Below are positions 38,830 to 52,466 of a stretch of 64,000 nt of DNA, in pieces; position 1 is the stretch's first letter, and each line of letters opens with the position of its first letter. The notes under the pieces are model-generated. The model was not told where the DNA came from, searched no databases, and worked only from the letters and a program-made list of their open reading frames with translations. The translations under genes were made by a program, and so were the position numbers. The stretch is from Batkoa obscura (Eukaryota): the NCBI GenBank assembly GCA_030770535.1, contig JASVEC010000001.1, forward strand, positions 558,001-622,000. Reading direction: 5' to 3'.

Positions 38830-39301
38830 TTTGTTGAGAAGTTAAAATATTAGTTGTTACCTTTAAATAGATTTATTATTTTGTTTTTAGCTTCTTTTAT
38901 ATTTTATTTGTTTAATAGAATAGCTTGAATATATTTTGTTTTATTGAGTAATTAGTATTTTTCTAAAATTTAGTTGATTCAACCACTATCTTATTTTGAT
39001 GACATCTCCTATTCCTTCATATTATTTATTATATTTTGTTTTATAAACAGTTAATTTGTAGTATTAAACTCTTTTAAAAATAAACTTAATTAATTTTTAT
39101 TAGTTTAATCATTTATCATGTCTATTTAATTAACTTTATTAATATTAGAGTTGAAATTTTTGATTTTATTTTATAATAAAGAAATTCAAAGCTGATTGGT
39201 TTACTATTCTAAAAACTAAACTGCATTACATAACATTATAAAAACAACAGCCTAGTTGTTAAAACTCAATTTTCATTTTCAATTTTTCAATTCGTCTAAA
39301 A

Positions 39302-41140
39302 ATGAATGATAGCACAGTAAGTCAACTCAAATATCCAAAACAATAATTTCACTCAACATCAATTTTCAATTAGAAAAAAGAACAAGAAACATTACTATCG
39401 GAGCTTACACATAGGACTGGAATAGTATATGATGCACGTTTGTTAAATCATGATCAAATAGATCAAGCTTCTGGAATTCATCCAGAAAATCCAGTACGAA
39501 TTTACAAAATTTATAAATTATTACAAGAATTAGATTTATTAAAGAAAATGAAAAATATACCATGTAGAGAAGTGAATGATTTCGAAATTTTATATTACCA
39601 TGATAGAGAACATTTAGAATTTATGCAAGATACAGAAAGTAAGTTAAAGGATTTGTGAATTTAATTTAAAAAGATGAAGGAGGCTAATATCAATTTTTTA
39701 TTTATAGAATTAAGCTTAAAGAGATTAAAAGAATTGACTCAAGATGGAGATTCTGTTTATTTTAATAAAAGTACTCATTTTTGTGCACGATTATCGTGTG
39801 GTGGAGTACTTGAACTGCTTAAAGAAATTGCATTAAATAATATTAGTAATGGTATTGCAGTAGTTAGACCGCCGTAAAAATTTACTTCAAATATGTATAA
39901 ATTATATAAAGGGTATTAATCGATTTTTGTTAGTGGTCATCATGCAGAGAAAAAAAATGTAATTTTATTGTTTATATAAGAATGTTAAATATGTTTTATT
40001 AATAAATTATTTTTTAGGCAATGTAATATTTGGGATTTGCTTTTTTAAATATAAAAATTAGGTTTTAATGCTTTTTTAAAAGGGGATTTTGTTTCTTTAA
40101 TAATGTTGTAAGTCAATTCATAAATTATAATAAATGGTTATAATAATTAATAATTAAGGTTATTGGAGTAGAAAAATTAAGACGAACATATGGAGTTAAA
40201 AAAGTATTAATATTAGATTGGTAATAAATATTAAAATATTTAAAATAATATTATATAATATTAATTAAATTAAGGGATGTACATCATGGTATAAATAAGA
40301 TAAATAAAATAAGATGAATAAAAAAACTAAATAAAATAATAAAGGAAACGGAATTGAAGATGCATTTATTAATGAAAAAGATATACTTTATATATCATTA
40401 CATCGATATGGTAATGAATTTTATCCAATGACTGGACATCCAGCAGATATTGGTAGAGGAGAAGGTATTGGAAGGTAATTCATCATAAAATTAAATAAAA
40501 TATTAAAATAATATTAAATATAATAGAAATGTAAATATTGCCTTTACTGAAAAAGAAATGGGAGATGCCGATTATATTTATGCTTTTATTAAAGTGGTGA
40601 TGCCAATGGCTATGGAATTTAATCCTGAATTGGTTGTTAGTAAGGTTTAATATTATCTAATTATTATAACTTTTTTTAAAATAGTTATTCTTTTTAATAG
40701 TTTCTGCTGGATTTGATGCAGCTAAAGGTAATTTTAAAAATAAAATTAATACTTTTATATAAATTGATATAAAAAATAAGGTGATCCTATCGGAGAATTT
40801 AAAGTAACTCCTGATGGTTATGCAATGATGACTTATTTATTGAAAGGATTAGCTAATGGTAAATTAGCAGTTTGTTTGGAAGTAAATAAAATATTTATTT
40901 ATTCTAATAACTAAATTGAATTAATTTTATTTTTAATAGGGGGGGTATAATCCAGATGCAATTGCTAAATCAGTTTTAGCAGTATGTAAAGTATTATTAG
41001 GTGATATACCCAATACAATTGAATTTGAAGATGTAAGTGAAAAGGGTAAAAAAGATGTTTATGAAGTAATTAGTCATCATGCTAAATATTGGAATTGTAT
41101 GAGATCAGCTGCTAAAATTTTAAATTTAGAAAGCTATTAG
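39302..41140 (+). CDS. Class II (Hda1/Clr3-like) histone deacetylase, single catalytic domain, 13 exons
   Basis: RTGIVYD, HPENPVRI, VRPPGHHA, MGFCFFNNV, LDWDVHHGNG, SLHRY...FYP, SAGFDAAKGDPIG, LEGGY all intact; ends ...LESY* with no Arb2 domain. Confidence 0.92.
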
Positions 41141-41337
41141 ATATATATGTGTATATATGAAAATTAGCTAATTAAATTTAGTTTTACTTTTTATACTTTT
41201 ATTTTAATAAATTAAGCTATGAATAAAGGAGTATAAAAAATTAAATACTTTTGAATTTTTATAATAATAAATTAGCAAATGCAGTATAAGGAATTAGATA
41301 TTCAAATAATCATAACAATAAAGAAACCATCAACATT

Positions 41338-42584
41338 TTAGGTTTTCATTAATTTCCTAGCACGTCTTGACCCAGCTTTAAAAAACATTTTGCCTTTTAA
41401 AATAGTATAATTAATCCTTTTTTGTTTTCTTAAGTTACGTGGATATTTTTCTACTTCTTCTTTTTCTTTTTCTTTTTCTTCTTCTTTTTCTTTTTCTTTT
41501 TCTTTTTCTTTTGCTTCTTTTTCTTTTCTTTTGTTTACCCTCATCTCTTGCATTTCCTTTTTATTGATCGGAACTACAGATAAACCCGAACCCTTTTTAT
41601 TTACTTTTAATTGTTCACTAACTTGCATTTGTGATTTATTAGTATCTTCACTTTGTAAATCTTTTCTCTTCACAGTTTGTAAATTATTTCTTTCTACATC
41701 TTGTAAATTATTTCTACTTTCCATTGTAATTTTATTTCTTTCCACAGCTGATAAACTTTCTCTTTTTGTACTATTCATTTGATTACTTAATTTGACTATT
41801 TGTTTCTCATTGTTTTCATTGAAAGATAGAAAACTAAGTTGCTCCTTATCTGTTAAACTCAAGCTTTCTAAAGGTGGAAGTTCAATACTTTTATCCATAA
41901 CATCCTCTTTATCAATTTCATTTTCTATATTCAAACTATTATTGTTGCTCAATTCCAAGGACACCAATGGTGACAATAAGTCAGTAATTGGTAAGTTTAA
42001 TTTTTTACAAAATTCTAAATTCACTTTTTTGGTGTTCTTAGATACATTTAATAAATCCAATCCTTGTTGTTTAATCATCTTAGTCATATTACTTTGTTTC
42101 AATAATAAATCTTGAATCACTATATTTTGTAAACTTAATTTACTTTCTAATTCTTGAATTTTGAGATTGGATTGATTAAGGGATAAAGAAAGTTCCACAG
42201 ATTGTACTTTTAATGAAGTGTTTTCTGTTTCTAGTTTTTGACGATGGAGTTTGGAGTGATTATGGCTTCTGTAGGAGAGTGTTAATAGGTTTATTTATGA
42301 GTTGATGACTATAAAAGATAATACTTACCTAGCTAACTCACTATTTTTAGTTTTGAGGTTTTTTATTAATTCTATAAAACAAAAAAGTACAATTAGTAAA
42401 TTTTAAATCTTAATATGATTTATTCGAATCTTTTTTTACCTTCATATTGACGATACCTTTTATCAGCAAATTTATCTAAATATGGTTGATATTTTATAAC
42501 TTCTTCTTTCTTTTTATATGGTTTTGGAAGACTTGTGGTGGAGAATAATTCATCCCTTTTATGGAGAGATTTATAGTTAGACAT
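41338..42584 (-). CDS. Shugoshin-like protein (N-terminal coiled coil, C-terminal basic SGO-like motif), 3 exons
   Basis: Spliced N-terminus ...KNSELARSHNHSKLHRQKLETENTSLK...; C-terminus PRNLRKQKRINYTILKGKM; KE repeat. CDS is solid, family call is tentative. Confidence 0.55.
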
Positions 42585-43235
42585 TAGAGAGAGTTGAATT
42601 TGGTTTTTTCTTTTTCTTTGGTTGAGTTGAAGTAAATTGATTAAAAAAAGAATGAAGAAAATGTTTTATTACAAAAGTAATAACAATTTGGTAGACTGCA
42701 AAGTTTCAAATGATCAAATTAAGATGATTGGTTGAATTGTGATGAGAAATTGAGTAGAAAATTGGAAAACAGTCACGTTTATTTTTAAAAAGATCCTTTT
42801 ATTAAAAAATTTAATTAATTATATTCAAATAAAAATTTTGATAATAAAAATCCAATTTTTAACATTAATAATATCATTATTATCATCTTCATCACTATTT
42901 TAAGTTTTCATTATTATCATAATTATTATTTCTAATAATAAATAATAATAAAAATACATTTTTGTTATTTCTTAATAGTTTCAAAAGAATGAATTAAATT
43001 TAGTTCAAATTTTTCAAAATACTAAAAAAAGAAAAGGTAGCATTTAATAATTTTCTAGCATAAAAAATGATTTGACGCAAGCTTAATAATTCCATTACAC
43101 TAAAAATTGTCTTTTGAAACTTACGAAATTTAAAGAGTAAGAAAACCAATATAAATATAAAAAGTAAATACAACAAATAGTAAAATTAATAGTCACAATT
43201 ATAAAACATAAAATAATAAAAATAATTAAGAGAAA

Positions 43236-44374
43236 ATGAAATTTGGTAGTTACATTGAAGTATGTGATTCAAGTGCATTAAGTATTTGTAATTTACTCAA
43301 TAATTCCACTGGTTTATCAACCAAATGTTATACTCGTACCTATCAATGGTTTAACTCCTATTTATTTGAATATTGTTATTTTTTTATATATTTAATTGCT
43401 TTTATTATGCTATCAATTATTTTATATAATTTAAAAAAGAAAACAATGACAGAAGGTAAGTATTAATAATATTATAATAAATTATTTTTTTATTGATGAT
43501 AAATTATTAGTAGTTAAAAATATGATAATTTTTTTTTATCTCTATTTATTCATGTTGACTGTGGATTCAGTAACTATTACGAATATCATACCGTCAAATT
43601 CAGGGTTTTATACAGTAAGTTTAATTAGATATTATATTATTATATGAAACTAATAATATTATTATTATAGTTTTTAGTACTTTTGAATACTTCTTTAAAT
43701 TTAAGTTTATCAATCTTTTTATTTTTAACTGGATTATTAAATTTTCCATTTGTATTAAAAGTTAATCGGATCAATTTAGTAAGTTCTTCATCCTCATATC
43801 TTTAAACTAATATTAACATTAATATTACTATTATTATTAGTACATCAAACTCACTTCATTAAGTTTATTTTTAATAATGTTTTTAATTAGTATATTAACT
43901 ATTAAAAATATGGGAGGATTAGATTCTAAAAATCCATCTTTATTATGGTTTCTTCATTTATTATTACCCAATTTATTAATTACATTATATATAATATCTC
44001 AATTATGTTTTACTTTTTATTATATTGAAAATCGATGGGCATTAGGTAAATTCTATATGTTAAATAATAATAATATAATATTAACTATTAATTTTATTTT
44101 ATTATTACTATTATTATTATTAATTCATTATAATAATATAGGTGATATTATTATAGGTTATTTATTTTATTTATCAGGTTTATTATTTTTATCTGTATTA
44201 TCAATACCATTATGTCAATCCTTTAAACATTATTTAGATGGTATATTTTTCTTTCAAGTTAGTCAATTATGTAGTATTATGATGTGTTATAAATTTATTG
44301 ATGGGATTACTACTACTGATTTAGAATTTATTATGTTACCTTTGGATTTAAAAAATAGTTTGTCATTGGATTAA
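43236..44374 (+). CDS. CHS7: Chitin synthase export chaperone Chs7 family, 5 exons
   Basis: MKFGSYIEVC...LSIC N-terminus, RWALGDI, HYLDGIFF, MMCYKFIDGITTTDLEF; multiple TM segments. Confidence 0.85.
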
Positions 44375-44919
44375 TTATATTATGTTTATTGAAATAAAAG
44401 TTTTAAGATAAGTTAATTTATTATTTATTGCTTTCAAAATAATAATAGAATATAATTAATTTTTAACTCAATTACAAATTAAATATTAGTAGTCGATATA
44501 TAAATAACTCTTATTATAATAATAGTCCTAAATTCCTCATAACATTAATTCATTAAAATATTTCTAAAGTTGAAGTTGGGTTTACATATGAAGATATATT
44601 AAAAATTAGATTAATAAAGTAAATTCTTGTTGAATATTGTAACAAAAAATTGATTTAATTGAGTTTGAAAAAATTAAAAAGTTGGGAAAATAACAACCAA
44701 TTATAAAAGAATAATTGGGATGGGATTCCAATTTTATTGAATGAATTAAACCAATGAAACAAAAGCCCCACTGTATCATCCAATGAACTTCAACTAAATA
44801 ATAAACTTCAAATTTAGCTCAAAATTTCAAAAAAACCAAACTTCGAAATCTGAGATAATCTAAACAATATAATCTTTGATTAAACTACTTTCTATACAAC
44901 TAAAATAGAGCAATAAAAG

Positions 44920-45427
44920 ATGCGTTATTTAAGATCTTTGACCAGTTTAAAATTATTCAATGGAAGAAATTTAATAAAATCCAATATGATTGTAAATAAT
45001 CAAAGTTTACGTTTTTATGGTGCTCCAAGTGGTAACCCAAAGTTAATAATTCAAGAAAGAGTTTTGGATTTATTGAAGGACTTCGATAAAGTTGATCAAG
45101 GTTTAGTAAGTTTTTTTATATCACGTTATTTATTATTCTATTAGTTTTATAATTAACGATAATAAATTTTTATTTTAATCATATTTCTATAACAAGTTTA
45201 TTTTGTTCATTCATTAACAAGACAATAATTAATCCTTTCTCTTTTTTTAGCTCACTGCTGAAGCCCATTTAACCAAAGATTTAAAATTGGATAGTTTAGA
45301 TACAGTTGAAGTTATTATGGCAGTTGAAGAAGAATTTTCTATTGAAATACCGGAACATGATTCAGTTGAAATTAAAACTGTTAAAGACGTTATTGAATAT
45401 ATTAGTTTAAGAAATGACGCTGTTTAA
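44920..45427 (+). CDS. ACP1: Mitochondrial acyl carrier protein, 2 exons
   Basis: Basic presequence; exon 2 (from 45251) has DLKLDSLDTVEVIMAVEEEFSIEIP with the phosphopantetheine Ser. Confidence 0.95.
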
Positions 45428-46217
45428 AGAGTTTAAAGTATGAAGACTTAAAAAATAAAGTAACATTTTTTACAATATCTGGTTTTTGATGTTTTAACGT
45501 TTACTTTTTCAATTTAAGCTTTTAATTCTTATGGTAAGGCTTCTTGGTGTTATTGAGTTTGTTTATTATATTGTGTTTTTATGTTGAGTGTCTTTCATTG
45601 ATCTCAAATTAGTAGTTTGAACTATTTAATTGTTTTTAATACAAAACAAAAATATAATTTATTATCAATGTTTACTTCATATAAGTGTCATAGATAATTG
45701 ATATCATATGAAAGTTGATCTAATAGTTATAATTTGAAAGTATTGCTTTTGTATCAATAAGAAATATATTCATATCGTTAGTTATGTAGAATAGAAAATA
45801 GGGAATAGCTTGGCTTACTTTTATATTATATTAATAAAACAAATAAATAAAATGTATAATAAAAAATTAATTTTCACTTGTAAATATATAATTGAATATC
45901 ATAATAACAAATATGATAAATTATTTTTATTTATTATCTATAGTAATAACATGATTCAATTCAATGATCAATTGACTTAAACTTAAAAACCGGTAAAACT
46001 TGATAACCGATAGATTAATTTTATTAATAAAAATAGATACAATAACAGAGAATTCAATAAGACAACGAAATAAACATAAGTTCAATTAACCAACAAGAAA
46101 TAGTTTATTATAGTTAGTAAACAAAAGAAGGAGGGGTAGAGTGGAGGAGGTGTATAGTATTAAACCGTTAAAAATAGAAACAAGAGAGATGAAAAAATGT
46201 AAACCAACCACACCAAC

Positions 46218-46892
46218 TTAAATCTTTTGACCTGGAAATGTGGTAATAATATCCGTCAACACTTGACCATTTTGATCCATAATAGCAGCCTTAATAGTGA
46301 CTCCATTAACAGAATTAACCGGAGGTTGAGCCATAACAATTAAAGGTTGATCCGAGAATGCTGGTCTTCTATAATTAACTGAATATTTAACATTAACCTT
46401 AGGATTTGTAAAACCAGTAAATTCTCTAGTAGCTTCTTGTAATAAAGTAGCTAATAAGCCTCCATGAATAATTCCTTTATGACCACAAACATTGGCACCC
46501 ATATAATAAACTTTAGTTAGCTTACCGCTGAATTCAGCTTGAATCAAATCTTCTCTTTTTAATGTTTGTTTGGTTAAATGAGTAGAAGTTGGGAATAATT
46601 GAGTTTGTAATTTATTGAGTAAAGTGACTTCTTCATTAGCTTCAAGTTGGATTTTATGTTTTGAAATAATAGGTAAATTGTAAGGTTCTAATTTTATACT
46701 AGAGTTTGATGTTGATTTAGTACTATAATATAAACTTGGAGCAACTAAACCAGCTATTAATAATAGGGTATTTCTTAAATAAGCGGGTTTATAATTGGAT
46801 GTTGGATAATTAATAGCTGGTAAACTAGATGTCATACTTATCCCTGCTTTACTTTGATAAAGGGATTTAAATTGCTTTAATTTAGTTAACAT
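46218..46892 (-). CDS. Hotdog-fold acyl-CoA thioesterase (PaaI/THEM4-like), probably mitochondrial
   Basis: GANVCGHKGIIHGGLLATLLQE and VNYRRP motifs. Confidence 0.85.
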   Translation of the reverse strand: MLTKLKQFKSLYQSKAGISMTSSLPAINYPTSNYKPAYLRNTLLLIAGLVAPSLYYSTKSTSNSSIKLEPYNLPIISKHKIQLEANEEVTLLNKLQTQLFPTSTHLTKQTLKREDLIQAEFSGKLTKVYYMGANVCGHKGIIHGGLLATLLQEATREFTGFTNPKVNVKYSVNYRRPAFSDQPLIVMAQPPVNSVNGVTIKAAIMDQNGQVLTDIITTFPGQKI

Positions 46893-48062
46893 ATTGTTAT
46901 TATTATTTTTTTATGAAATTATTTTTATTTTTATTTTAAATTAAATTATTTTAGTTTTGTGTTTATTTGATTTTATATACTCTTTTTTTGGATTCTCCCT
47001 TAAATAGATATCAAAAGAATGTGATTCTTAAGAGCCAATGAAATTACAAAAGCTTATCTCTATTAAAATTAATAAACTCTCTCTTTGGATCATATTTTTT
47101 CAAATCAATGGGACTATTAAAAACTGATCACTTATTGACAAATTAAATGACTAATTAAATCAATATAATTTGTTATTAAGTTTCAAATTGTTTGAAAAAT
47201 TACAAATTACTTTGCACCTCCTAAATTTGGTAAATAGCAATCTATTTTTTGACATTTTTGAAAAATATATTTCCATCAGCTTTCCCCCACCCAATTTTTA
47301 TTTGGCTAATTTTTAGAAAATGACATCATAGTTAAGGGAAATTAATTTTCCAGGATAAAAATTTATGATATTTTTTAAAAAGCGGTTATTAAAATCTTAA
47401 TTCCCATTCTCCCCCTCTCTTTTATGCAGTTTAAGCTTACTTTTTCAACAATAAAAATTAACTGTGAGATTCAATTTAAGCTGGTTTAAAGTGAGTTCTT
47501 TTTGAATATTGTTGTTTATTCTTAGGTTAATAGCTTTTTTGTTATTAACTTGGTATCAGACTTTGGTTATGTGAAATTATAAGGTATTTGTTTATTAACA
47601 GGGTATGTTTGATTATATATGTTATTAATTTTCTTTATACAAAATTTAATCAATTGTCGATAAATTAGACAAAAACCAGTATTAATTTTTTAATAACTTG
47701 CAACATGGTGTTTTATAAAAAAATTAGCGGTAAGGGTATAAGGTTGCAACAAAGTATTTTTACATGAAAGTAATTTTTGTATTTGGTCTAAAGATTAACA
47801 TCTGTTGCAATCAACAACTTTGCTATTTTTTGGTCAAAAAACTAAGATTATTCGTAAAAAAAAAACCTTATATTGTTTTAGATATATTATAAAAATATTA
47901 ATACTCTATATAAAAATACAAACTTCCTAACTATTTTAGCTTGTAAATGTTTAATACTAACCTATATTTAACTTATGTATAACTTCAGCTTTTTAAAATA
48001 TTAAAATATAATTAATTTCATATAACTTCAATTGTTTGTATTATTAGTAGTTTTATTTTACT

Positions 48063-48325
48063 ATATGGGGGTGTTTTTTTGGCTTCGTTATTTTTTCCAT
48101 TTTTTAAGCGTTATTTGAGTGGAAAGATTGTTAGCAAAAAATAAAACATAAGGAAATTATTTAATACCAAATTATATTTTTGTTTATACTGCAGTTAAAT
48201 ATAAAATTAAATTAATAGGCACATTAAATTTAATGCTCAGAGCTTGCTTACTTTATATTATTTATAAAAAGCTAAAGTTAAAAAAAAAGTTTGCAATAGC
48301 TTATTAAAAAAATACATCCTCATAT
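48063..48325 (+). mobile_element. MITE copy interrupted by ~165 bp of AT-rich repeat-derived sequence
   Basis: Left part 48063-48138; right terminus AAAAAAATACATCCTCATAT at ~48306-48325. Confidence 0.65.
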
Positions 48326-49589
48326 AGTAAAATATAATATTAAATAAAAATAATTGATATGCATAGCATTATAATCCTAAATAAAATTGATAACTAATAA
48401 TTTTTAAGTCACATAATTAAGACAGGCTTTAATTTATAAGTATGAAATGTTTATTAATAAATTATACAAAGTAATAAAAACAAATGTAATAAAAATAATT
48501 AATTTATTAATTATTATTTTTTTTGAACTACCACCTCACTTTTTTTTTAATTTTATATTATTATAGATAAAACACTTAAGATACTATCTCTTTTAAGTTA
48601 TTTTTAAAAAAGTATATAATTTAATTACATCAATTGTAATATAAATCTGATTGTTTAAACTATATAAAATTTGTAAATTTAAAATGTTTATTTTCAAAAA
48701 TGTCAATAAAGCTTATAAAATTTTAAATTTATTTTAAAAAATAAGTATGGTGAAAAATTGCTATAATCGAATATTAAAATTTAAATTCAAAAGATATTTA
48801 CTATATAATTTATTTAAGATAGTAAAACTGTTTTAACACTCAGCTATATAAATTTATATATTTAAAGGATTTCTTTACTATTTATTTTTTTATCATAATC
48901 AATTCCAGAATTATTTTTAAAAAATTTATAAATTAGAAGACTTTGTGTTCAATTCTATAGCTTTACAATCTCTTATGCTTTGTTTCAAAACCACTTTGGT
49001 AAAATGGATCACTTTTAACTAATGATACACTCAGTCTTTACACAGTAAAGTAATAACTTTGTTAACTTTGAATAACTTTAAATTCAAATTCAGATCCAGA
49101 TCAGGTGCCACTTTTTAAAGTTAAGCGTATATTTTACTTTAAAGATTAAAGTATAAATTGTTATGAATTATGATTAATTGATATTATTTATAAACATTGT
49201 AGTATTCTAAATGAAATAATACTATCATTTTATTCTTTAATAATTGCAGGATTTAATATAGTCACTTAATAGTTGCTCAATTATATCACCGCTGTGTTTA
49301 AATCAAACAAGTACATATTATTATCATTATCATTATCATTATCAAGTCTTTTAAAGTATTTATAAAATGAGAAATAAGAAATGTTAAAGCAAATAAAAGG
49401 GGATAAAAGATGAGTAAAATTAATTGATTGGTGGTTTTATAGGTTAAGTAAGGGTAAAAATTAAAATTGTAATAAGAAAACAACTAGTGTAATTGATCGT
49501 TAAAATAGTAGCTTAAATGGAAGTAGAGTTTGTATGTTGGACTTCTCTTACTTATAGTACTTTAGTATCCTCTTCAAAACTATTTACTT

Positions 49590-50378
<789 letters not shown>

Positions 50379-52019
50379 TAATATGAATTAATTCTATATA
50401 CTATATATTTAGTTAAATTTTTAGCTGAATAGAAAAATTTAAATTACTAGATAAGAAATGAAAAAGCGGAAAGATTAATAGTAAGTTGAAAACTAGAACT
50501 ATATTAAATCACAAAATAAAAATAAAATATCTGTTAATTACCAAGCCATAAATTCCTTCGAAGTGCCTTAACCTCTATAAGTGATTTAATTGGTAAACTC
50601 AAAGCTATTTAAAGGCGGAGACAAACTTAAAATCCCCAATTAACCCAAATCTTAGGCTATTGATTGGCTCTAGTAGTGAAATCATTAAAGCAAAGTTCTT
50701 TTTCTACTAACCAATAAAAGCAACAACGGCTTCAAACAAACTCAAAATCAACCAATTAATTTCTCCCTTTTGGCTATGGTTATGAGCAATAAATTAACGA
50801 AGGATTTTTCAATTAACATGAACTAATTAGGGGAAATACAAAAATAAAAGAGGAGAATTAAAAAATAGAGTTTACAAAGTAGCATAAATTAATAAAATAA
50901 AATAAAATAAAAATTTATGGCTTTAACCAAAAGAATTTAAAAAAGAAATTATAGTTTGTGGAGTTATTTTACAGAATTACGGTCAATTATAGCGTTATTC
51001 TTTAAATTTGTCCATTGCCAAAGGCTAAAATTAAATCCATATTTTGCATTGTTAAATCATTTGATCAAAATATCAAAACAAAACTGATATCTACTGCAAT
51101 AAAAACAAGCTTTTACTTTAATGACTTATAGTAATTCGAATGTGATACACTTATTAAGAAAGAGAGCAGTTCTATTTTAAGCTGGAAACAGTCTTAATTT
51201 TAGCGTTCTTATTACTTTCTAGTCTTCAAATCAACAAATCGTCAAAAATAGTCTTATAAATGCTGTTGACTACTGTAAAGGTCGTATAATATATTAAGGA
51301 ACATACGGCTTATTAATGATATTTAATATATCCTTGTAACATTAATTATCAATTTCATTATAAATTAACCTACAAGTTTTTACAGAAATAGTAAACTACC
51401 ATTAGATTTAAAATCACATGCTATAAGTTTATAAAGATTCTACTAGTAATTTTTATAGGTGTTCTTTTCCACTAATGTTTTGTATTCTCTATTAATAATT
51501 CATTTTTATCATTTATTATCTTATCATAGTATTATACCGATATGTCTAAAATTTAAAAAATAAATATCTTAATAAATATTCGAGTCTTTTTTAATTTGAT
51601 AAGGTGTTTTTTTGTAAGCAGAATTATTATTAAACTCATTTTATTTCTAATTTAGCTCGAATTAAACAACTATTTTGCTAAGAATGGCAAAAAGTTATCA
51701 TTTGCTACTCTAAAAATGATTGGTTTGCTTAAGCCTTTGCACATCAGTTGTAAATTCTAATGTAATTTGGTGTAAAACTAAAGAGCAAGCTAATAAATTA
51801 ATAATTTCTTTTGTTTTTAAAATGGTAGACTTCCCTACTAAACGATTTAAGTACCAGAAAAAGTCCCTTTCCCTTTTATTTCCAGCAATTTAAATTTAAT
51901 AATTGGTTATAATATATTTAAAATAAAACTAATCAAAGGGATGGGACTATTTTTAAACTTGTTTTTGACCCTTATTTATATATTTATAAATTTACGATAG
52001 AATAAATTCAACAATTTTT

Positions 52020-52466
52020 TTATTTCTTACAAAAAATACTTAAGTTAGGCCAGAATATGACGGTAAGATTAATGATAACTGGTAGAGACCAAGCGCAAGA
52101 ATTTAAAAGTAATAAACCACATTGTGAAGATAGTGACAAGAATTTATGGTTTGCATGGATAGGAGCTATGACAGCTAAAAGCAGCCACATAAAAGAAATA
52201 AACAAAGAAATGAGAGGCTCAACCATTGGGATCATCAAAATAAGTAATAAGTGACTGCGATATTTTTTACACCAAATTTCAATTTCTAAAAAGACACTAG
52301 AACATAAAAAAGAAGCTAAACTCATCGCTAATAAAGCTATACAAAAGCCATTTTGTTCTAAATATGGAGTCATGGTTAATACAGTCGTAATACTTATTAT
52401 ACATTGTGTTAATCGTTGTGAGTTATGATAACTATAAGGTGTTTTTCCAATTAATTTATATTCCAT
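52020..52466 (-). CDS. Hypothetical small multi-pass membrane protein (148 aa)
   Basis: ATG-initiated intronless ORF with about four hydrophobic segments; no family recognised. Confidence 0.55.
   Translation of the reverse strand: MEYKLIGKTPYSYHNSQRLTQCIISITTVLTMTPYLEQNGFCIALLAMSLASFLCSSVFLEIEIWCKKYRSHLLLILMIPMVEPLISLFISFMWLLLAVIAPIHANHKFLSLSSQCGLLLLNSCAWSLPVIINLTVIFWPNLSIFCKK

Noticed and set aside
44046..44141. N/L/I-rich insertion in Chs7 shown in the ORF track
   Set aside because: It is a 96-nt GT-AG intron that happens to be stop-free; splicing restores WALGDI
44920..46892. ACP plus thioesterase as a biosynthetic gene cluster
   Set aside because: Both look like ordinary mitochondrial housekeeping proteins; no PKS, FAS or NRPS nearby
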